A DNA stretch of 64,000 nucleotides from assembly GCF_052425735.1 (NCBI RefSeq), contig NC_135760.1:19840001-19904000 (forward strand), written 5' to 3'. Both the position numbers and the translations under genes were made by a program. The DNA is from Oculina patagonica. Lineage: Eukaryota. Position 1 is the first letter of the stretch. Each line of letters begins with the position of its first letter. Under the pieces are notes generated by a model. The model saw nothing but the letters and a program-made list of their open reading frames with translations. It was not told where the DNA came from and did not search any database. This document shows positions 10,500 to 24,500 of this stretch, in pieces.

Positions 10500-11042
10500 A
10501 CTCTTCACTCTTCCTTTCTCACCCCAACGACTCGTGATAAACGAGAGAACTGCTGTAGAAAGTAAAATATATTTTATACGAGACCACTTTTACTATGTAC
10601 AATTTTCATTTTAAAAGTAAAATTCTAAATTAGACCTGATTTTACTTCATTATAATCACATTTACTATTTCTATCCCGAACCCGAGCAAACCTTAGATTT
10701 GCAATTTTAATTCCATGATAAAATATTAATATTTACACGAAAGATTATTTTACAAGAATCCGTGATATCCATATTTGGACAATTCGAGAACAAAAATGTA
10801 CGATTCGATCTTTTCGTGAAACGTGTTTTAAGCTTTGTCATTTACGTTAAGTGTGCTTATTTGTCACCGTGCGTAAAATTAGTTAAATTAGATAATTAAC
10901 ACTAAATAGCCCCGTCGGGGAGTGTTAATAAAATTTGTATTTGTATTTAAGTTAAACCACAGTAAGCTTGATAGATAGCAAGAATAAAACTTTTTGGGCA
11001 TCAAAGTCGCGTAGTACATCTGACCAATCGGAAAAAATCTTA

Positions 11043-11254
11043 GGGCCCTTTCCATAAGTCAGAAATGGCCGGCCGGTCCGGTGGTTTTGAATGTCAAATG
11101 GACCTTTTCCACAAGATTTTCCCACAAATCAACCACAACAGTATATAATATTTTTTGCATTGACTGATTTGACAGGACAAATCTGACAAACAACGGAATT
11201 CTGTTCTCGAATAAACCGGTTAAGCCGGCCAGTTCTGACTTATGGAAAGCGCCC
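11043..11254. mobile_element. PIF/Harbinger-like MITE with TTA TSD
   Basis: tta|gggccctttccataagtcagaaatggccggc ... gccggccagttctgacttatggaaagcgccc|tta. Confidence 0.8.
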
Positions 11255-11969
11255 TTAGTATAGTCTCAATAAATCAGCTTAAAGTCGAGGTTTTTAAGGG
11301 AGCGATGGACGTGTTGGGCAATTAATAGTAACAGGCAAGTATACTTGTTACAGTAAAGATATCTTTTAGCTGGATCAAGCATGATTGCGCACTCACAAAA
11401 TGTGCATTGGAGAGACGATGAACGGATAAGGATAGCATCAACTTCTGAAGTAAAATAGCAATCATGTAGGCACAGAAAGTATTTTAAACTTAAGAGCCGT
11501 ACTCGCAAGACTTTGGATCACAATATAGATCCTTGTTTTTCAGATGTACTTCATTCAGGTTTTCACGGCTATTTTCGGCTTCCCACGGACTATGATAATC
11601 TGTTAGGGTAGGGATAGACTTTGCTTACGTCCGCGTTTTTTTTTTACAATCGTTGAAGCCAAAGATCTGCAATAAATTCAGATCAAAATTATTAAGTCTG
11701 CAGAAGTCACTGCTTACTGAACTGAAGTCATATTTTTTGTATTTCTTTGAGTTTTTCTCTTGATACGATCTTCCATTTCTTTAAGACTCCAACATACAAA
11801 TTCTCCTAACTTGTTCCCATACACTTCGTACAGTACTGGTTGTAGGAACTAGGTTTTCTGATCAAGCAAGGCCTCCGGGTTGCTTCATTCTCCTGATCCG
11901 CAACCTTGACTTGATAGTGATTTTGTGTGGAGAAGTAAGATCTCTATCATTTCTGGGACCGTTCCCCGG

Positions 11970-14900
11970 CTAAAGCTTCACAATTTTTCCAGCCGAGGTA
12001 CTTCTCGGTCCTCTCGCCGACCAGTTCCGTCGAAATTTTGGTGATTCTTTTTCGCTCTTCTTTTGCCGGTAAGACGAGCTCGCGCGCTTGAACGGCAGTG
12101 GAATGAACAGATTCTTCCCGGCTGCCGCACCGGACAGAGAGCTAAGGGAAGACGAAAGAGACGAAGACGAAGCCGCAACCCTTACGTCCTCTGTGCTGGA
12201 GCTGTGTACCAGTGGTTTGATTGAAGCGACGGATCCTGAACGATGAGTTTTTTGCTCCGTCATGGGTACACCGTACACTTCCACAACTGCTTCCAAGAAC
12301 TTTACGAACAGTTGCGCACGATTTGCTTGGCCACTCTGTTCCTGAAAAAGGCGAAAATATTTTATTGATAGAGAGCGGTTTTCAACTGAGTGACATAAAA
12401 GCAAAACCAAAGAAATCACTCTGTCCAATCACAAAGAACACAGACAATCCAGGGAACCAATCAAAACGCGAAGTAAATTCACGTGGCGTGTGCAAATAGC
12501 GGGAAAACGTGTGTGAGCGAGTCACGACTGGTTTTGGATTTAATTCTGACACTTTTAACATGGGTCAAGCGAGTATCAATGCCTTCTCTTTACTTTGACC
12601 TTATTGAAAAGCAATTTGAATAAAATGGAACTGTTCAAAACTAACGTTAGCCCGCGTGGAGGAAATAGGAGACGGGGCACACAGGCTAAGCTAACGCTCA
12701 CGAAATTCAAGTTAAAGACGAAAAACCGGATTCAAAGATACTATTCTATTTCAACAACTTCAAGTCGAAAACAAAATGACAGTTATAAAGAAAAGATGAA
12801 AACATAAATACAATAATTTTTACCTTGAACTTTGTAAAATGGCTGAATCCTGAAAATCCGAACGCTGAAAAAGAAAGCATGGAAAACAATAACTCGTCTT
12901 TTTTTCCGTTTCAGTAGCATAGCTTAGCAAGAAGCGACTAGGAGTATTTCTGTTCCCCCTGGATGTGATGCTAGTCCATCGCAGGGTAACCCCGCAGCAT
13001 TAAATTCGCCGGTACCCTTTTATACACCTGGGTGGAGAGAGGCACTATGAGAGTTAAGTGTCTTGCCCAAGAACACAGCGCAGTCCGCGACGTTGCTCCA
13101 TTAAATTTCTTAAACTCATTTAAAATTCATTTAGTTAAAACAAAGAAAATCATAATCGTGAAGGACGCTTGGATACCCGGTCTTTATTAGCATAGGTTAT
13201 TACGATTTCATTTCTCCGTTTACTCCGTAGATTTTGTTTCGATTGAGAAGATATATCAAACACTCGAGACAGTGTTTCCTCGGTTATCCAGACACTTCGA
13301 ATGAAACACTGTCGCTCGTGTTTCATATATTACTTCAAACATAACGACTATGAACAGAAATTCTACACTCTAAGCACAGTTCACATGTGATTTCATTCAC
13401 ATACAACACTTGTCACTTTGACTGCAGTTTTTAAACGTGACAAAGCTGTTCGTTTCACTCACTTGACAGATAACTGGCCTTGATGAGAGGATCCTCATTT
13501 TGTTTCACAGCACTCATAGAGTGCACTATGGTCTGTATCGCCTTCAGTGTGGGTACATCGTCCGAATGACCAAGCACAATGGAGAGATCCGAATCCAATA
13601 AATTATAACTGCGTGATGACAATAAAAACAGCATGGTTAGCAGTGGTCTCTCTCGAAGCCTTCTATTGGGCGGTCACGCAACGGTTCTAGTGAGAGTTGC
13701 GTGACGATTCAAATGGAGGCTTGCACTGTGTTCACACTATTGTTGGGGTTTACCTAGTTTATTCAAGGTCAAAAAATTGAAAATCGGTGATCAGGGCCGG
13801 GTTGTTCGAAAGTTAATATACTCACATAACAGGGAATACTCCTGGAAACACCAAGCTGGCCTCGGCGAGAACCTCATATAAATATCTTGACTCTAAATCC
13901 CCGGTGATGTGCTCTAGCAAAATTGCCTGCAAAAACGAAAAAAAAAAACATTGTTTTATCATCCTGGCACCATTAAGTTCCAGTCCGAGTTCGAGCCTAG
14001 TGGTCCATTAGACCGGCGCTTATTCCGGCTTCAGTATCATAAAGCAACTAGGAGCATTTATACTCCTCTCTAGATGGGATGCTAGTCCATTGCTGGGATA
14101 TTCCCCAGCAGTAAATTCGCCGGTACCCATTTATACACCTGGGTAGAGAGGGGCACGTTGAGAGTAAAGTGTCTTGCCCAAGAACACAACACAATGACCC
14201 CGGCCTTGGCTGAAACCGGATCACTCGATCCGGAGTCCAGCACACTTACCATTTGGCCACCATGCCTCCCTATAAAGTTATATACAGTATTCCTTTCTTA
14301 TGTTTCTTTCACTAAAATGTACACCATAAATTTTCGATTCTATCAGACATGTTAAACATCGATAGGGCATTTGTTTCAATCGTCAGCTAGACTAGAGTAT
14401 TCCTATTTTAAGCTGGTACTAAGGGTTTTCAATAGAGCAGCTGCAGAATTCTGCTTTCGTGTCGAGGAACGATTTTACACCCGCTTTTAGTGTTACATGC
14501 ATAGTTATCTTTCTACACCCATCTTTTGACATGACGTGCTGTTTGAAATGAGCCGATCAAAACCAATGCATACCGGTGTTGGTTTCAAGCAAATGAGCCC
14601 AAAGGTTTAGAAGGTCATGCTAGTGGGCTGTGATTAGCGGATTTTGATCCGTCTTCAGTGTTTGTTTAGCACGTCGAAAGATGGATGTCGATAAAAAGCC
14701 GCTATACACATAACACTGAAAGCGGGTGTAAATCCGTCTACACTGCACTCTTACCAGGGTGGTCAAAAGCAGAGCCTGGGTCTGAGTGTCGTTCACAATC
14801 CCTGGGTCCAAGAGCATGTTCTGACATTCCGCGGGCCAAGCGAAGGCCTGGTCGCCAGGATTTTCATCAGTGGTAATAACAATGGACACTTGGTGTTCCG

Positions 14901-15421
14901 TATTTAACGAGGTTGAACTTCCGGCGATGCTGCTGCTGTCCAGTTTTCCTGGATAGGGTAGGGTGGGGCTGTCGGGTTCCTTTTTGTCACCTGGGCGTAG
15001 ATTAGAACGAACTTCTTCTGACACGGGTAATAACGCTGAAATTAACAAGGTCAAAGGTCAAGGTAAGGGTCCATTTGACGTTTGAGAAAGAGAGCTACGC
15101 TATCAACCCAATTGCCAGGTATTTATTAACATAACGGTTTTTTGTGAGGCGACACAGCTTTGCAGCATATATTTTTCCGCTTCTAGCTTACGCAGTCTGT
15201 ACCGCAGTTATGCTACCCCACTTACAAGCTTCCACCCCCCCCCCCCAAAAAAAAAAAAAAAAAATCTGTAGACCATCAAATGTTTTTAAAAGAACTCCCT
15301 TCTTTCCAAGATGGCGAGTCAAAACAACTTTATGAACTGGAAACAACTATTTGAGATTACTATATGTTTATGAAGATATCTTCCACTTCAATAACGTTTT
15401 AGATACATTTCGCCGATAAAA

Positions 15422-15500
<79 letters not shown>

Positions 15501-18500
15501 GATCGCACAGATCGAAAACGTTTAGCATCAATTTTACCATCTTTTACCTTAAGTTTTTATTTTTAATAACGTTTAAATTTTAGTAAACAGAACTAAATAG
15601 CATTTTGGTCCCTTTTACTTACCAGCCAAATATGCGAGATTTTCCTTGTTGACTGCAAAGGAACCACGGCTGCAATGGAAACGATAAGCTGTTGGTCTTT
15701 CTGACATTTGAAACGCATCAAGCGTGCTTGATCAAACAACAGCAACACAACAAAATATAGAGTTGTAATGTTACAGCAAGCTTGCCACCTTACACTACTG
15801 TGAGAGTTGACTCGCCGGACTAAAACGGACATCTTCACTGATTTAAGCTATGACTTTAGAGCCTCTAGAACACACATAGTTGAAAAAGAAACCGAACAAT
15901 AATGGTTTGATTTTGTAGGAATGTATTGCACAAATGACAGGAACCTATAAGAATGTTACAGAGAAACTTCAAAACTCGAGGCTCAAAGTTTGACTCTGCT
16001 TTCTAACAGTTTAGAGCTAGAGATATTTTTGCAAAGCCTTGTACAGCAAGTGGAGTACTAAAGCTTCTGAGTGAAGAACATTTTAGTGTATTAACAGCGT
16101 TCTGTACGAAACACGTCAATACAGTTTCAAGTTCACAGTTACCTTGTCTTACGTTTGCTTGTAATGTTATGCATCAAGTTCAGGATGCGAATAGCTCGCG
16201 CAGACGAGGTGGCCTGGGGATGGTACACTCCTAGAGATAAAATAAAACCAGTGAAATGTATGGTCCGCTTTTTGCGTTTATATAGCCTGAATTAAAGACG
16301 TCTCTTTTGGTGGCTTACTCCCGAGAAAAGCTTTCGAAACCAAACTGCCGGTAACGCCGGTCCGGTCCGGTCCGCTCCAGTACGAAACTAAACCCAGGAT
16401 CATTGCTAAGTGATTCGAAAAGCACTCCAAAGTCCATACCTTTTATAAGGTGCACCATCAGCGCAAAATGGAAGTTCTGAGAAAATTGAAGACCGACGAA
16501 ATGATCCATTTGTTTACAGTGAAACTCCAGCAGAGGTTCTTCTCGTACCGCCATGAGCACTTTGTCCACCGGCTGAAAAAAAACCAAAATGAATAAAGAA
16601 AAAGATAACAGAGATCAACATCACAGATTTACTTACAACTTATGAGTCATAAATACGTTAAAGTGAGACTAATACACAGCACGTGGTAGCGTGGCCGAGT
16701 GGTCTAAGGCGCTGGTTTTAGGCACCAGTCATTTCGATGGCGTGGGTTCGAATCCCACCGCTGCCAAAACTTTAATTTTTTATACAATGTTTCTTTTATA
16801 TATGCCGTCTACTGTCTAAGCTTGTAGGTAAAGAATATTGCTTTTCCACTGAAAGTGCAAAAATAAAATTTGGTCGTGATTTTGGCGCTGCAAAAGCCTT
16901 ATTTTCTGTTAAAAAATGTCCAGGAGACTGGGGCGAGTTAATGCGCTTGAGACGTATTGTTGTGGACAGCGTTTGTTCACGCTTTGGTCGCTAAGAAGGT
17001 TTTCTAAGGCAAAGCAGCATGTCGAGCGACTCCGAAATGAGTGTTTCCTCTGAAAGTTCAAACAACCACGAAGAAATAGATGATGTGGACGAAGACGAGG
17101 AAGATATTGAGAATCTCATCCACAACAATACGTCATCAGCCCACGTGACTTGATATTTTGGCCGCGCGATTTGAAGGACAATTTTGAAGGCAAAATAGCA
17201 CAACTTTCAGGCCTTATAAAATTGCGAGTTTTTTCACGAAATGGTTCAAACTTTGGAATTGTGTCTTAAACATATCGACCTATGAAATATACAAAAGTTG
17301 ATTTCGCTTCATATGCACTTGAAGCATTCAAATTAAAAGTTATTAAAATCTTAAACCAACCTCTGATTCGAAGGCTCCATGTGTTTCAAGTGTAATGAGG
17401 CTCTGCTCCACTAGTGCCAGGCCACAAGGATACAGCAAGACCTCTGACAACTGTAAAAATACATTCGACATAAGTTTTACATTTAACACCACTTGCGATA
17501 ACAGTCCACAGTATTGATCTTTACCTGAAGTACCGCCACAGCGATCCAGAAAAATGCCTTGTGAAACATAGAATCCTAGAAAAGTAAAATATAGTTGATC
17601 ATCTTACAATCCCACTAAAACATTATATTTTGATACTAAGTTTCAGTAGGTGAGATCGACGGACAGACAGACGAGTCAGTGAGTCATTCACTACAAAATA
17701 GCCAGTTGGTTGATCCTCCTCACCTTGTTAAGAATCACCTGAAGTCTTGAGAGGCACATGAACGCTGCTTCCACCAACACAAGGTCATTATATGAGCTCA
17801 GTGCCTACCGAAAGAAACCATTCGTTTATCAACACAAGTGAATAGAAAAAACTTAAGTTTGTACATTGAAGTGGAACAATAATAAGCGCACTAGACTCGG
17901 CACGAGTTGTCCTGGATTTAGCCTTGCCATGTGTTGTGTTCTTGGGCAAGACACTCCACCCAGGAGCATAAACGGGTATTTTTAAAAATAATGCTGGGGA
18001 TAACCCTGCGAGGGGGAGACGAAACAGTTCGGGATTGACCTATTTGTGGTTAATTTGCGAAAAAAAATTAAGGATTTTTGTCTTTTAATTTCCTTGGCAC
18101 TCTTTGGGGTAAAAACGCCTACGTTCTCACGTTCGTCGATTGTAATCCGTCTATCTCCCTCGTTTTTTTTCTTTTGAAATTTAATCTTTACCCTTGATAT
18201 TTTTCTACTTAAGTAGACTGCCAACTTGATGTTTGAGGTTTTGAGTTTCATGAAATTTTGCTAAATGTCTAAAAATGACTTCATATCCTTCATATATCGT
18301 GGCCACCATCATTGTAAATGGGAAAGACACTCTTACCATAATCAGCACTTGTAAGACTTTCTGTACAAGCCTGTCGTCCGCTTCTTTGCAGATACAACCA
18401 AGAACTACTATGGAACGAGGCTGAAGTGCAGGGTTAAAGTCAAAAGCGAAACTGCAAAGTGGGAAAAATAAGAAAGTAAGGCAGAGCCTAATGATGTCAA

Positions 18501-21500
18501 CATAATATGTGCCAAGAACATAACTCGTATAGATATGAGTGGTAGCGTGGCCGAGTGGTCTAAGGCGCTGGTTTTAGGCACCAGTCATTTCGATGGCGTG
18601 GGTTCGAATCCCACCGCTGCCAAAATTTTCTTTTCTCCCTTTTTTTTCCAAGATGAAGGAGAGCGAATTTAACAGAACATAAATGGGCATTTTTTGCAAT
18701 TTCCACTTTGCCATTTACTGGATAGTCATTTATCCGGTAGATTGTTATCTAATGTGTATTTTTTTACACCAAATTCGTAAACGTTATAGACAAAAAATCC
18801 ATGTAAATCGGCAAATTAATAATAATTTTACGAATTTTTTATGTAGGGATTCGAAATTTGTTTGTTCGGCTTGCAGATGAAAAATATCACTTCGCTGGGC
18901 TCGTTTTTCTCTTTAAAGACACGAAAAAATTGACGCTAGTCGTATAACAGAGTTAAGACAAGATCCTTCAAGATCGATAAAGATTATTCTTTTGGAAAGC
19001 GTACATATATGAAAAGCGTACTTACTTTGACGCCAGCTCTGTCCATTTCTTGAGCCATGTACATTCTGGCAAGTCTTTCATGCAACTCTGTTCCGCAAAC
19101 AAATTTAAAGAAAATATCACCTTTTTTATATCATGAACAAGACTACTTACAGTACCTAGTCACGTGGCTAGTGTAACCATCGGGAAAGGTTCACAGCGGT
19201 CAAACGCAAAAATTGACGTCACCTCCGGTTTTCGGCGCCTCGAACTTTCTAAGAGCTTGATTTGTAAGTGGGCAGGAATTTTGTACGGTGAAAGAAAATT
19301 TCAAGCTGGGAAACTTAGTAGAGTGAATTATCAAATTTCTAATGCAAAAGCAGCATAGAAACCTTAACTTTCCAGGGACGGTGTTAACTTTTTGCTTTAA
19401 AGCGAAAGTTTTTGAAAATTTTAAAGGTTTGTATGGAGAAGTTTGGAGCTGTTTTGGCGGGAACTGTGCACACGCGTGGCGTTTGACCGCTGTGCGCGCA
19501 AAAGGTATTACGTTACCTCCATTATCTCCAGCAGTAGGTCAGTGATCGTCTCCATTGCAGTCATGCTCAGTGGCTCTCCTTCACAGTCCCTCAGTGTGTA
19601 CCTGCCTTGGTAGGTCGCTTTGAAAGCTTTTACAGCTGGAGTCTTTATCTTTGAGATGCCTTAAAACAGATTATAAGAACTGCTTGTAAATCTATCAGAC
19701 GTGAACGAATCACTTTTAAGCACCATGGCATAGCGTGCGTGACAAAATCGCCCAAAAAGTGTGACGTGGCGTGACTGAATCGCTTGAATGTGCCCAAGCG
19801 TGACAGAATCGCTGCAAATGGCATGAGCACTTGTGGTCTCGTTATGGAAACTTATACTTTAAGTAAGCAAAGCTTATTTTATTCTTTCTTTTTCTTAATT
19901 ACACTTACCAAAGAGAAGATAAAATTTGGGCGACGAGAGTTCTGCTAGCCGCATGCGAAGAAGCTTTTGAGTTTCATCTACAAGAACAGGACCAAAACAA
20001 TTCAATAAATGACTATTCCTCAACGCATATTAAAACAGAGGAATTTCCGTATAATAAATTTGCAAACCATAGGGAAGGATATCCCGATTGTAAGGTCAAG
20101 TCTGCATTCGAGCCTAGTGGCCCATCAGGCCGGCGATCATTTACGGTTTTCGTAGCATAAAGCGACTAGGATGTATTTCTACTCCCCCCTGGATAGGATG
20201 CTAGTCCATCGCAGGATTACCCCTCAGCATTATATTTGCAGGTACCCATTTATATACCTGGGTGGAGAGGGGCATGTGTCTTGTCAAAGATTACAACAAA
20301 ATGACCCCGGCCAGAGCTGGAACCCGGACCGCTCGATCCGGAGTACAGCGCACCAACCATTAGGCCACCGCGCCACCCGATCCCGATTGTAAATAGCAAT
20401 TAACTGACATGGTGTAAGCTGACAATGACGATAATATACAAGGTTGTTATACTACAAATCAAGTGTGACAACTTTACTCTTACAGGCCGGACTGACAACG
20501 ATATTTTTTGCCATCACCAAAACCAATTTAAGCACTCACATTGCGAGACGAAAACGACCATATGAAAACTCTCGGGAGTGATGGTGTTCTTAATCTTCCA
20601 ACTACCCCCGGGCAACTAGAAAGACAAAACTTAGCATTCTGAATATCTTAACTTACCACTAAACTTGATACAGGAGCAGGTACAGAGTGACTGGATAATG
20701 TTGATAACCAGTCCGTGGATTGAGGCGCGGATGGTTGGAGGACCAGTTGAGACGAGAAGTGTGACGAGATGAAACAAGTAAGGGATATGACTGGCAACTG
20801 GGAAGAAACGAGTGGTATCATTGTTATATATAGCCTTGGAATGAATTTCAAAATGACTCGCACTTGAAACAAATCGGACACACTGTATATGGGATTTTGT
20901 CAAGCCAGCGTGTTCTTATTGGAAGGCTTGGTTGTGCTATCGGAGTTCGTTATAAATGTGAATTGGTCTACTTAAAGTCACTTAAACAAAATAGCAGCAT
21001 CTAAGTGAATTTGTCTAGGTTGGTTTTTTTTATAACAGACTGGTTATAAGACCCGAGGTGGTAATATATGTATTAAACTGCATGTAATTCCTTTCAAAAG
21101 GCATCGTTAGCCGTTCTAACACCACGTAATAACGGGAAATCGTACCATCAAGACAGTCGTTGAAGGAAAGCATAAGAAGATATCTTGTGAGGATAGCTAT
21201 GTCGTCCCACATTAGGTGAGCTTCAAGCCGGACAGTGGGAGAAATGAAGGTCTTGCTGATAAGCTGAGCGAAAAAAAGGTAGAAAAATCAGTAAGAACGC
21301 TTTCTCAGGAAAAAGTGAGCAGAGGCTAATTTTTTCTTGAAGATACTATCAGTTAATTTGGCCACCCCCACCCCCACCCCCTCCCGGGGGTACTACCTTA
21401 AATACGCTATATGGGTATGTGCCGCTGCATGGGGTCCCAGCCTTTCCAGGTCTGTGATGGATTTAAAATTTGGCCTTTTTATAGTCTGAGATGGGGTCAC

Positions 21501-24500
21501 AAAGTGGGGAGATATATGTCAAAAATTTACATCTTTCTGTTACCCAAATCAGGTGGCTTTGAAGCAGGCGAAAATAAATAGCGAAAGTTGCAGTATTTTA
21601 TAGAAAAATATCAAGAAAAGTATCCCCTTTTCACTCCCGGTGTGGGATGGGGTAAACATTAACTCTTTTGTCTGAGATGGGGTAGCAAAGTTTTGTTTGG
21701 TCTAAGACGGAGTCGGGGTTTCTAGAACCAAGTGGTAAACCCCTAACCTAGAATATCCCCCCCCCCCTCCCGCCTCCGGGAATTAGGCTAACTGGGCATG
21801 AGAATAAACGATCAATCAGCAAAGATATAACGCCTTACTGAGTCAAGCCTTCCGATGACCTTGCGTGACACAACTTGAACGTTAGCGGACGCCAAAGCAA
21901 CAGCAGTGTCGGCCATAACTTCTGCCTTGACAGACCCAAGACCTCCTGTAGCACTGGCCTGAAATGATAACACTACAGTTTTAACTAATGGTTCACAATT
22001 CACCACGAGTCTCCCTGAAAGTCAAAGGTTAGAGAGCATGCTACCGGTACGAGGAAGGTCATGGGTTCAACTCCCGTCCGTCCGGGATTCGGATTTTTTT
22101 CTTTGTTTCACGCTCGTGATAGCAGAATTTAAAGCTTTCTCAATACGTGAATACTTCTCATGATAACGTAGTAAATGGTTTGAACCCAGGAGTATCAGTA
22201 GTTCGTATAGTGTGATCGTCCGGGTGAGAGTAGTTCTGAGAAGAACTGTTGTTGGTAACTGACGTTACGACAACCTTAGCGGAAGTCATCTTCAGAGTCA
22301 AGTGAATAGTCGATGATGTTATAAGTCTGGTCCGTTGAAGCTGATTGGTCAGTTTGCCCTGATATTATTTAATGTAAGACTCGAGTTAAGTTTGTCAACA
22401 GACGATTTGTTTGCGGCCTGTTTGTCGGTTCTGTTTACGTCGTGAATAAGTCGTTTGTAAGGTGCCGGTAGTTGTTGACATCTGTTGATAGGCGTTTGTT
22501 CTAAGTTTGTGTATCAGCTTTTTAGAGTCTGTCGTTGAAGGTTCGATGAAAGTTAGTCGCAAGGGCTTATAATTAGGCGAAGACGTCGACTCGATTTTTT
22601 CTCTTTGTCGCTCATACTAGTGTTGTAACACCATGAAAACAACCTCACTACCACTCACCACAATGAATGCAGAAGTGCAAGCAATAAAAACATGGATGTA
22701 TTTGGAGGATATACCTTGATGAAGCAGTCGAGAACTGTGTCCAGCAACTCGGTGACTTTCCCCACATTGCCCCAGATTGTGGCTTGAACTGAAGGGTACA
22801 TGGTCTACAAGGGGGAAACAATAACTTAAAAAATTACCTGAAGGTAAGAGTTTAAAGGAGGTGAGTCTTGGAAACAGTTGAGTTAGGTGCAGTTACGCTA
22901 ACAGAAGGGCGTGTTGTCACTCAGTTTGTAGAACATTAGAAATAGAACGTGTAAGGTGTAAAGAAACTGGAAAGGGGACATTTGAAGCAAGGCACAGAAC
23001 TTACCCCCTTTTCCTTCACAGTCAAGTTAATCAGTTCTTCAAGAATGCGAGTCATTTTCACCTTCTGTGGATCATCGGCAGGAAACCTACAAAATCTGTT
23101 AAGAATGAATTGACTATTTTATAAGTGTTGTCTTTCAAGGGGACAAATAGGATGCCACGCGCCCGATCAAAATCAAGACTCAAACACCAGCACTGCTAAG
23201 TGGATTGTAAAGAAATCTTTCAAGCTAATTGCCCAATACAAGCCTATAATTGGAGGACACATAGACTTACTATTAACATAACAACAAGATGCAAAGATGA
23301 AAGGTTATTGAGGCACACAATAGCTCCGTCGAGACGTACCTAACAAACCAAACTGCCCAGCGTACATCGCTGTAACATTGATCACCTCGTAAGAGACTTG
23401 AGCTCCACTACAAATGAGCCTTGTTATCAAGGTGTGTTCGAAGAAATTTTTATGTATTGATCATATCAAGTTTGGTATAAACTACATGCCGTTAAATAGA
23501 GCAGTTTTCAATTGAGTGTCGTAAAACCAAAACAAAAGTTATCACTCCGGCCAATCACAAAGAACACAGACAATCCAGTGAACCAATCAAAACTCGGAGC
23601 AAATACATGTAGCCGGCACGAAGCGCGGGAAAACGCGCGCGAGTGAGTCGCGATTGGTTTGGGTTCCAAATCTGATTGGATGAGAAGCTGGCGCGAGATT
23701 TTTAAACCAATCAGTAAGCGTAGTAATGCAAAACAAAGCAAACGCAAATCACTTTCGACACTCAAGTGAAAACTGCTCTAAAGGATTTACGTGACTAAAA
23801 CTAACCTTGCCAGATTTGGTAGCCATGGCGCCATGTACTCTAAGCACAAATGCTTGAGTTCGAAATCTGATTTTACAAAACCTGCGATGCACTCTTCTAG
23901 GAACTGAAGTGAAGAAAGAGAAAAACAGATCAGGTAAGATTATAAAAACCCCAAAAATGCTTTGAGTTGTATGGCCATGATGAAATTATTTCACAATATG
24001 GAAGAAGTCCGGTGAGATGCTACACTGACATTGATAAAATAATAAAAGTGTTCTTCTCTTACCTCAAGAGTAAGTTGAGGCTCTTTAGCCGCAAGTTTTT
24101 CACTGATTCCAACAATAAACAGCGTGTTGTTTGCAGGAATGCACAAACCTTGAAAAAAGAAAGAAAACGCAAAATGAATTATTCACAAATCATCGTTAAC
24201 TGGAAGGTTGCGTTGCTGACCAGCGGTGGTTGTCGTACATTGCCCATGCACAGTTTTGTTGCCTGTGAACAGACTCTGCGTTTCTTTCTCCCCCAAGCCC
24301 TTTTCGGCTCGCTTCGCTCGCCGTTCTTTTTGGCCCTGCTCCACTTGGGAGCCTGTTCGCAGGCTGGCAGTTTTTTGCTCAGGCTTTTGTGTTCTTGTCA
24401 TTTTTGCCCCCCCCCCCCCCTCTCCCTATCAAGGAAACGAAGATGGGAAAAATTTCTGTAGAAACTTTAATTAAGCAGCAAGCACCAAGGTATTAACTTT

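Noticed and set aside
16991-17203. Acidic/Ser-rich stretch suggesting a coding exon
   Set aside because: No NF1 similarity, and the flanking NF1 exons join without it; probably a decayed TE interior.
22025-22125. tRNA-like segment (also about 31195-31270 and the heads of the SINE copies)
   Set aside because: No complete cloverleaf or acceptor stem; degenerate SINE heads rather than tRNA genes.
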